From contig CP075495.1 of NCBI GenBank assembly GCA_021613535.1, positions 14,384,001 to 14,448,000 on the forward strand: 64,000 nucleotides of DNA. Reading direction: 5' to 3'. Numbering within the stretch: the stretch's first letter is position 1; the number at the start of each line of letters is the position of its first letter. Made by a program: the position numbers and the translations under genes. Shown one piece after another: positions 39,003 to 49,200 of this stretch. Below the pieces are notes generated by a model. The model saw only the letters and a list, made by a program, of their open reading frames with translations. It did no database searches and had not been told where the DNA came from. The DNA is from Adineta vaga. Its lineage: Eukaryota; Animalia; Rotifera.

Positions 39003-41060
39003 ATGGCAGAAGGAAGTTCTCAAGAAGATATCAATCAATGTAATATCGTAGTAAAAGATAGTAATGGTGATTTAGATGCAAATGCACCAAATCCTGTCAA
39101 TCTACATCCTCACGATAATGCTGATTGTCCGACACCAAAACCAACAACAACTAAAATAGAAGATTTACCTGCTCCAACTCATGTTTCTGTTCAATCACCT
39201 AATATAACTCGTCCACCACAACGACCTTCATCTTCATTAGGACCCTATTATCAATTTCTAACAACTGATCTAAATCAAATGTTATGGTATGGAAGTGTAT
39301 TAATATTTCGTGACGTCTCCTTTGAACAACCAACAATTGAGTTCTCTTGTGAACCAAAATTAGAATTTAATTGGGAAATTTTATATGATAATATCTTTAA
39401 TATGCGTGCTTATCGTATAAATCTTTCGATTGAATTACGTAATGGTGAAGGTGACGATGAAATTCGTTGGAAAATTAATTGGGGTGATCATATAACTGAT
39501 GGTTTATTTCATCTCGCTCGTTCTAATCAAAAATGGCGTGGTGGCTTTTTTTCATGTAATGGTTTCGATGCAACTGTACCTGAACAAACAAAATCCGATT
39601 TAACATTTGGTGATGTTTGGGAACATTTAAATTCTGTTCATAATGAAACACCATTACATATCTTATTATGGGGTGGCGATCAAAATTATATTGATTTTAT
39701 GTTTGAAGATGTTCCATATCTTCGAGAATGGGTTGAAATGGAATGGAATTTAAAATGGACATGTGATTATCGTGATGATTTACGCGAACAAGTTGAAGAA
39801 TATCATTTTAATTCATATGTACAAAATTGGGAACGTCCTGAAGTGAAAAATGCTTTAGCATCTATTCCAAGTGTAATGATGTGGGATGATCATGATATAT
39901 TTGATGGTGCTGGATCATATCCTCCTCTACTTCATGATAGTCCAATGATGACTGGTTTATTCGATACAGCACAAAAACTTCGTCTTCTATTTCAACATCA
40001 TACAACAAAAGAAAAAGCAAGACAACATGGATTATTCGGTTATCATGGTTATAATTTTCTTGCTCGTTGTGGTCCAGATTTAGTTATCATTGGTTGTGAT
40101 GGACGTACAGAACGAAATACTGAAATCGTTCAACATCCTCAAAGTTGGGATCTTATTTTTAATCAATTAGAACAACATACAACGAATATTACACATTTAA
40201 TTGTTTTATTTCCTGTGCCATTTTCATTTGTTCGATTTAAATTAGCTGAAACAATATTTGATCATTTAAAAAATCTTCCTAACAAATATCGACAAGGTTC
40301 AATTGTAAAACAAACCAATTCAATTTTTGGTTTACCTGAACTTTATGATGATCTACTAGATGAATGGACACATAAAGCACATATCAATGAACGCAATCAC
40401 GGTTTAGCACGTTTTCAAGAATTAGCCGAAAGTAAACGAATACGAGTTACATTTTTTAGTGGTGATGTACATTGTTGTGGTATTAGTCGATTTCAAACAC
40501 AAAATCAAACAGGATTATTACCAATTCATGATAGTAAATTAATGTACCAAATTATATCTTCAGCTATTGTTAATATTCCACCATCGCGACGAACACTTCT
40601 AGTTGCTCATTATGTGAAAACAAAATGGCATCCAATCGATGATACAGAAGAAGAATTAATTGATTTTTTTCCACGTTTACCAGAAACGGGAAGAAAAATA
40701 AGACATAAAAAATTACTTTCCAATCGAAATTGGTGTTATTTTGAAATCTGTCAAGAAACAAATTCAACGGTTTATAATCATACAAAAACTGGTCTTTTTC
40801 GTCGTCATTCGAAATCGAAAGAACAGCATAGTCCTGCTATTGATTTAGGCCCAACGTCAACATGTGATGGTCATGGAAGTGCACGATCACCTATACATCG
40901 ACATTCTCATAGTGGAGCTTGTTCAGCAAGAAAATCAGTTGGAGAAGAAATTATTGGAACGGAAACTTTAAAGATTCGATTATGGTTAGAAAGTGGTAAA
41001 AAACATAAAGAAGGAAGACGATTTGTTAGTTATGAATTGTTAATTCCAAATTTAGTGTAA
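39003..41060 (+). CDS. PhoD-like metallophosphatase (fungal/protist PhoD_2 type), intronless 685 aa
   Basis: FFSCNGF, HILLWGGDQNYID, MMWDDHDIFDGAGSYP, DGRTER, ELYDDLLDEWTH..H..ER, VTFFSGDVH, MYQIISSAIVN. Confidence 0.88.
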   Translation: MAEGSSQEDINQCNIVVKDSNGDLDANAPNPVNLHPHDNADCPTPKPTTTKIEDLPAPTHVSVQSPNITRPPQRPSSSLGPYYQFLTTDLNQMLWYGSVLIFRDVSFEQPTIEFSCEPKLEFNWEILYDNIFNMRAYRINLSIELRNGEGDDEIRWKINWGDHITDGLFHLARSNQKWRGGFFSCNGFDATVPEQTKSDLTFGDVWEHLNSVHNETPLHILLWGGDQNYIDFMFEDVPYLREWVEMEWNLKWTCDYRDDLREQVEEYHFNSYVQNWERPEVKNALASIPSVMMWDDHDIFDGAGSYPPLLHDSPMMTGLFDTAQKLRLLFQHHTTKEKARQHGLFGYHGYNFLARCGPDLVIIGCDGRTERNTEIVQHPQSWDLIFNQLEQHTTNITHLIVLFPVPFSFVRFKLAETIFDHLKNLPNKYRQGSIVKQTNSIFGLPELYDDLLDEWTHKAHINERNHGLARFQELAESKRIRVTFFSGDVHCCGISRFQTQNQTGLLPIHDSKLMYQIISSAIVNIPPSRRTLLVAHYVKTKWHPIDDTEEELIDFFPRLPETGRKIRHKKLLSNRNWCYFEICQETNSTVYNHTKTGLFRRHSKSKEQHSPAIDLGPTSTCDGHGSARSPIHRHSHSGACSARKSVGEEIIGTETLKIRLWLESGKKHKEGRRFVSYELLIPNLV

Positions 41061-41309
41061 ATTATTCGATATATCGATTGAGTAGGAAATTACATTTCAT
41101 AGAATCTTTTGATATCGTTATCTATATTAATTTTAATTTTATGAATGAAAAATTTTGGTTTTTGTTTAAAGAAAATCATCTCTAGATTTGTTAATAAAAA
41201 AACGTTACTTTATCATTTTCGATCGAATCATTTGTTTATTAAACACTATAGAAAAGACAATATATTTATACAATGAATAACAAATATATTTTTCAATTGA
41301 TCAAATTTG

Positions 41310-41744
41310 TTAATTTTTAAAACATGCATCTAATAATTGTCGAATATTTTCTCTAGTTGGAAATTCTTCTCCGAAATATGGTCTTGAACATTGATTACTT
41401 CTTTGATCACGTTGATATGATGCTATACCACCAATTCGAACTAATGTAAAGAATTTAACAGCAAAAGCTCCGCAATCATAAGGTAAATGATTTTCACATC
41501 TGTTTTTAATACATGCATAAAATTCACAATCACATGCAGCTCGACTCTTTGAACAATTACGATAACATGTATCATGAGCAACACAACATGGAATAATTTC
41601 TGCTCGATCAGTTGCATTGAGAATTAAATCACCATTGAGACCCATCGGTCCACATCCAAATGAATTATCATTGCTGGCAGGATTGGATAGTATTAAGCTA
41701 ATAAGTGGTAGAATTGTGAAGATAATCAAATAGATTTTCAACAT
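41310..41744 (-). CDS. Secreted phospholipase A2-like protein
   Basis: Signal peptide from ATG 41744 (MLKIYLIIFTILPLISLILS), GCGP Ca-loop, CCVAHDTCY catalytic His-Asp, CDCEFYAC. Confidence 0.82.
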   Translation of the reverse strand: MLKIYLIIFTILPLISLILSNPASNDNSFGCGPMGLNGDLILNATDRAEIIPCCVAHDTCYRNCSKSRAACDCEFYACIKNRCENHLPYDCGAFAVKFFTLVRIGGIASYQRDQRSNQCSRPYFGEEFPTRENIRQLLDACFKN

Positions 41745-43293
41745 TTTAGCAAGAATAGCTGGATAAAACGAATATGATAGTGAAAGTTGTTTATAACGAG
41801 TTAATAACAATAGCAAGTATTGCGTTACAATTATATAGGTCTCGAATGATGTCGTAAGTCATGCTCGAACGTGTTTGACGTCAATGAGTGAATCAAAAAG
41901 TGTCCGTAAGAAAGTATTGTTTTTTTAATAATGAATAATTATCTAATCTTTTACGTTTTGTCTCTGTTTGTACAAAATAAGTATTAGTCAAAAAGAAACT
42001 ACGCAAATCAAATGTTATGAAGTACATCTAGTTATAAAATTGAACTCAAAGACACGAAACGATTGCCTCAAGAATAGAATTCTTCTTTTGGTGAAAACAA
42101 ATAAAATATCAAAGACTCTGATAGGAGTCTTTTATCGATTGAACTCAAAAACTTCGACTATAATAATTGATGTTCTTTTTTTTCTGAAAATTTTCAAGAC
42201 TAACAGACATTCTCTAGCGCCATCTTTGAATTGTGCTTCATGCTCATCCAACTGGTTGACCAATTAATCGCTTTTCAGTTCTGTTTTTTGCCAATAAAAC
42301 AAAACTGGTCCGAGAAAAACAGTACTCGATACATATATTAAAACATTCAGACAATGTCAAATTATGCGATCTAAAAATGCCATTCTTAACAGCTCTTTGA
42401 CCTTGGTTGGTCATAATTTACGTATTAATTTCTAAATCAAAAGTAGGAAGTTTGAAATCGATTTCAACCAGTCTCGATAAGGAATTATATAAAATATAAG
42501 TTTGAAAAGATATTTATTTTCAAGTTGACAACTAATTCGAGGTTAGTGATGATTAATTTCTGTACAATGAATTAGATAAACAAGTTAGACGCCGACATAT
42601 ATCAGTACAAATATATACAAACTGACATATATCATTTGTTATTCGAATGTGTAACTATTTTATCTTCGTTAGCTAGTCATTTTTTCGAAACATTCGGTAG
42701 ATATCATCGGTTCTCTTGTTTAATAATTCGAATATAAAATATGTTCTATATTTATAGGTCATCGATTCTTAGAAGATGAATTTGAATATTTAGCAAACAC
42801 GTATGTAAAGAATTCTATATCGTATATTGATTAGCAAGGAAAGGAGAGAAACATGTAAGATATGCTTCTTCTTCGAAGATAAAGTTCTGATCTGCATTTT
42901 GATCGTACTTAGAAAATGATGAATGAACTGTTGTTATTTGCCCAACTTCTATCGATTCATTGTATAATCATTGAAGAAAACACATCTGTTTTCTTTAAAC
43001 ATAGAAATTATTCGAAATTAGATGAATATATCGGTATGTGTACGTTAGAGCATTTAGTTTTAGAATCTAAATCATTTGATACTGTAATTTCATTTGTAAA
43101 AGAATCAACCTTGTGATATATGAAGTTTTGTACAGTATCCAATAACGCTTAAGTCAATAGTAATCGATCTGGTTTTGATAATGGTGGGAAAATATTTAAC
43201 TATTAACAGTCTCATATATCTGTGACGATATGATTAAAAATGAATGAGAGAAATTTAACTTTTTTTTTCTAGATTAAATTCGATATCGAATAA

Positions 43294-46200
43294 ATGAATA
43301 AAGATCATACAAATACAATTCGAAATCGTCTTTTGATTTCATTTATTGTTGCATGGATAGCCTATGCATTAACTTATTTTTTACGTAAACCGTTGGGAAT
43401 TGTAAGTAATAGAATTTCTTTTTTTTATACTATTGTATATGCATTTAATTCTCTAGATTAAAACTGATCTTGAACATGAATTACATTTTTCAAAATTTCA
43501 ATTGGGTTTATTTGATACTGCTTTATTATTACCCTATGCTCTTATTCAAGTAAAATAACATAAATTAATTGATAATCTTTGTAGAAAATATTGCTCATTT
43601 CAATAGACTTTCTTCGGATCATTAGGTGATAAATATGGTGCACGACGTACATTTGGTTATGGTTTAATTGGTTCAGGCATTGCGATGGTAATGTCCGAAG
43701 AATTAACTTGAAAAATAGTCATTAGTTGATTTAGATTACATTTGGATGGTGGAGTGATTATCGACTTTTTCTTCTATTACTTTTCTTTAATGGTGCATTT
43801 CAAGTAAGAATTAAGATAATCTGATGCAAAAAAGAAAATTCATTTTCATTTAGTCATTATGTTGGGCAACAGCTGGCAAAGGTCTTGGTGCTTGGGTTAC
43901 TGATATTCAACGCAATTCTGTGTTTGGTTTATTTGGTACATGTCCATTTGCTGGTGGTATTATTGGCACTGCTCTTGCTGTAAGAATTTTATATCTTTCA
44001 TGATTATTATTGAAGTTAAAACGTTACATTATTAGGTTTATATTCAAGGAAAAGATGGTTGGCGTCTTGTTCATTTTCAACCATCGATTTATTGTGTATG
44101 TGAATAGTTTTCTATTGTTTAGTTAGTATATATTTTGTATAGATTATCGCTGGTTTTGCGGTTTTAATTTTCTTTCGAGAACCATCAGAATTAAATATGG
44201 TTGTGCCTGGAAAAGGTAAATATTAAAATTTTTATTTATTATTCAAGTATATTATGTGATATATATATATTTATATAGAATCAGCTAGTAAAGGAACGGA
44301 TTTACGTACAAAAATGACTATTATGGAAGTGTATCAATTACCGTATGTGTGCAATAGTATAATTTACATGTAATAATTAATTGTTTTATTTTAATAGAAT
44401 GGTCAAAGAAATTGCTGCTAGTATATTCTGTTTGAAAGTTGTTCGTTATGCTATTTATTTATGGCTTCCTTTATATTTAAAACAAGAAGTAAATTAAATT
44501 GAAATTAATTTAGAAAAATTACATTTTATCTATTGTTATAGTTGAATTATTCGAAATCAGATGCTGGTCTTTTTTCAACAATGTTTGATATTGGTGGAGT
44601 TGCTGGAAGTGCTACAATTGGATTTGTTCTCAAACGGTAAATTAGTTCTCTTTATTATTGATCTGTTAGTTTTCTCTTTTATTTGAAGGTTTTTTAATAA
44701 TGAAGGATGTCTTGGTGCTGGTGCAGAAACATTATTTAGTGCTGTCACTCTTCTTCTCTTCTTAGCATTTTCACAATCAGGTGTAATGATCAATTCAGTC
44801 CTAATGTTATTAACAGGTGCTTTAAATTGTGGAGCTGATATCATTCTTTGTAAGTTTAATAATCAAGAACGATAGTACTAAGACTAAGTGATTATCAACT
44901 ATCATTGATCTTTCACATTTTATATCTAAGACATTACAGATAATGATTTCTTAACAATATAGAAATTCTCTGCTTTTCTCTTACAGGCAGTTCAGTACCT
45001 ATTGAAATAGGTGAAATGGATGGTCGAAATGCTGGTAGTGCAGTAATTGGTTTTGTCAACGGTATGTATGTTATTAATAATAATCATTCTCCTTCGTTCG
45101 CTCGCTCTCTAACATACAAATACACCGTTCGGAAACGAGAAAACCAAAAAGAAACACGACTTTTACGTAAAGACAAGAAAAGAAAAGAACGAAAACTCTT
45201 TGGAATGAGACAACAAAACAGAACAGAACACATGACAACAGAGGAATGAAATAAGAAAATGAGATCAGAATTTGATAATATAAAAAAAAGAGAAAAAGAA
45301 AAATCAAGAAAAGCAAAAGAAAAACGAACGACTAGAAGAACACATACATGCATGATCATTTCACTTGAGAAGAATTGACTGAATGGAATGAAATTTTCTT
45401 GGTTAAAATTAAAAATTTATACAATGAACTCGATTAAATCAAATCTAACTATCGATTTTATGCTGTATTTTCAAGCATTAATAATGTGAGTAGAACAGGT
45501 AAAACATGTTCATAATGTTCAATTGGTGTACCTTGTAATTTAATATGTGAATTACGTCGTAAATATTCATATAATGTTAGAAATTCGACTAAACCAAGTG
45601 TTTCTTCAAGATATTTTCGTAAGACATTCATTTTTGATTGTCGAGATGATTTAGAATGTGCCGCTGAATAAAGTGCAGTGAATGTATCATGTGATGTTAA
45701 TTTACGTTTATTATGATTATCATTATTATTATTATTATTGGTTGATGGTGGTGATGATATAGATACGGATGTCGGTGTTTGAACAACTAACGATGGTAAA
45801 TCATCGACAGTAACAAGTGAACGTTGTTGATGATTTTGAAGTTGTTGTTTAAGTGGAAGCATTGATGTTAAATGTTGATGATTGGAATTTGTACCGTTAT
45901 TCTAAATATGCAAAGAATTTAGAAATTGTTTTTTGTTTGAGACAAAGAAAAAATGAAAGTTTTTATCTTACTAAAACGGAAGATGGCATTGGTAATAAGA
46001 TTGATGATGGTGGAGTTGATTCTCGTTTAACTTTTTTAGCTAAATTTATAACAAGATTATTATTATTACTATTATTATGTGATGATAAATCAAGTAATTC
46101 GGAACAATTGGAATTTGATGTTGAACTTGTTGATCGTTTATGATTATTCAAAAGTGATAAGGGTTGATGTTCATTGGATGATGTTGCATTGTTTTTGAAT

Positions 46201-49200
46201 TTCTCATCCATAGTCATTGTTAATGGTGATGATGAAGAAGACGATGAATTATCTGAAGTTGTGACGGAAGCCATATTTGAGGAAGTTGTCGGAACAAGTA
46301 AACCTTTTATTTTGCCTTTACGTAAACTCATACATGAAAATTTACCGTTAATACCAGCTTTTTGCATAGCTTGTTGAAGTAATAAATCTAATCGATGACG
46401 ACCAGCACGAATTGTTTTATACCAAACACGTTGATCAGCTGATGTACGTGGTACAAGATAAAATGGTGCATCTGCATTGGAACATTGTGGTGGACGATGA
46501 TAAAATAAAAGACGTAAACCTACAACTGGACATTCATGTGGATGTGATGGTATTGCATAAGCACGTAAATTCGTTGTTTGAATATCATTAGTTATTGAAT
46601 CTTTGTTTGTTGCTATTGGTGGTGTTCGTTTATATTCTATGTATTCAAGTGAATTTGTTGGATCAGTTTTTATTTCTAAATCACCATATAATAATGAACG
46701 ATTTATTGTAGATTCATAACCACGTTGATCAAAATATTTAGAATTATTAATGAGTAATTCTAGTAGAAGACCATCGGGTGTATCGCGTGTTATAATATTC
46801 ATTTTTCGTAGTAATGTTTCATGTTGAGATGTAAATGCTTCGACTTTGGAATTGCACACGTTTTTATTTGGTTTTGCCCATGTATCACGTTTTTCTTGAA
46901 TAACTTCTCGACATGGCGCAAAAACAGGTGATTCAAGTATATTACATGGATATTTCCGAGATTTTAAATAACGTTCAATCGATAACATAAAACTTCGTAA
47001 TGTATCGGGTTCATATTCAGTATTATCAGCTTTACGTACATTACCAAAATAATGTTTCAAATAGGTACATAATTGTTCAGGTTTCAATTCATCAATTGGA
47101 CATGTTTCACCGAATGTATCTTCTAAATATAAGGCAAAACGTCGTACTTCATGTTTAGTTTTACGTATTGTGTTGTAAGAATTTGTTCCCGAACAAATTA
47201 AAAAACGATTGGAATCAATACGTTGATTAGCTAAACGTGATAAACGAGCAGCGGCTGCTGCTGATGATATTGGTTTGGTTGATGATGAATCATCTTTAGT
47301 TGTTTGCATTGATGATGTTGCTATTGATGAGTGTGACATTGTTTCTTCGCCACCACTTGAATTTGGTGATTCTTCATCTAATTGTAGTTCAGGTTCATTA
47401 TCATCATCATCCTCTTCGTCGTCATCATCATCATCTAGTTCATTTGTTGATACAAATGTTGCTGCTGTTGGAATTGTTGTTGTTGCTGTTCCACCATTCG
47501 TAATTTCATCTGTATCAGCACCAAATAATTTTATCATCTGATGAAAATCGGCAAGAGATGTAGCGGCTGTAGCCATGTTCTATCGAGATATATACATATA
47601 CTCACACAAATAGAATCTATTAGTAAGAAGAAGATAAGAAATAAAATAGAACGAGAAGAGATCTAGAAATGAAAAGAAATTGTCGTAAATACGATGAACA
47701 AATAATGAACAATAAATGGAGGTCGAAGAGACATACGCAAAGTACACGATATTCTGAGCATACAAATGTGAGTATCGGTCTATGCATCATGGTATTTACT
47801 AAACGAGCGACGGATGTGCACACGAGTATACAGAAGAAAGAAATGAAGTGGGAGAGAGAGAGAGAGAAAAGAGATCTAAAAATGACAAATTGCGTGATAT
47901 AGACATATGAATAAAGCTCATCTTTTGTCCCTATCCTACGTCAATATACGAAAAGAATATAGATAAGATAAAAAATAACAAACATCTTCGATATACAAAT
48001 CAAGAAATCCATCGTTTCTCTTTCTCTGCATATATTCCTAACCTTTATAATCACTTCCTATTATTTAAATATTCATTCAAACAGTTATTTACTGCTTGAT
48101 ATTCCTCATTTACTCGCCTCTCTTATCATTTTCTCTCTGACAAATACAAAATGACACACGCAAACATCATATTTTTTTCTCTATTCTCAACGTACCATCT
48201 GCTAACTTTATCGAACATATGCGGCTGGTGCTGCATATTAAGCGAAAAGTTATTCGATATCTGATTCTTTCGTGATATTTTTCTTTGTTACTTGTTCGGT
48301 TCTCTTTACTATTCAATAGCATACATATGCATAGATATTAACTGTATGATGACGATGAACACGAACGACAAGACTAGTATCCATATGTCAACTAGACGAT
48401 TTATCGCATCTCATCTTCATAAATATTGATTACATTTTTTTCGACTTTTTTTGCTTCTTCTCCAGTGAGAATTGTTGCAATAGGATGGTGCATGATTATC
48501 ATCATCTTGTATTACTTACCTCATTTCTCCATTTTCTGTCTGACTATATATATGTATATATATATAAATGTAAGTGTCAACTAGAGTTCACCACTAGCAT
48601 ACTCAAATGAGGATATATCCTTCTCTCTCTCCCTCTTCTTTTTTTGCGTCCTCTCTTCCTATGTCTGTCTTATTCCTTATTGATGTCGTTGGATTTTTTT
48701 ATATATATATGTCGCCCAGTTGACAAAAGAAGAAGCAAAAGAAAGAGATGAACATTTCTCGTCTGGCACATATCTCTATATCCATCTTTCGTTGTTGTCG
48801 TTCACTTCTGTTCTCAATAGATGCTGCCTCATATTTCCTTGACGGTCGTCATCGTCTATCTTTTTTTGTGTGTGTGTGCCCGAGATATAGAGTTCAGGAA
48901 AAACATTAAAAAAAAAGAGAGAAAGAGAGATTATTCATTTCTTTCTATATGTCTGTCTTCGTCTCGTATCTTAGAATAGTGAACACACACATACACAGTT
49001 TTTTCCATCGTTTCTCCTCGTATATCATCAGAACGAACAAAAAAACTGGGTAATGAAGAATGTGTGTGCGTTCACACGCATACAAAAAAAAGAAGAAGAA
49101 GGAAGGATATACACCCGAATCGAGAATAGCAGAACTAGGATGGGATTAAAAAAGCAAGAAGAAAGAGAGAGGGGGAGAAAGATCGAGTAGGCAAGTAGTA

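Noticed and set aside
45458-47576. Active Crypton/DIRS transposon
   Set aside because: Catalytic His and the Tyr-bearing C-terminus are missing, no element boundaries or RT were seen, and the gene has host-like low-complexity regions.
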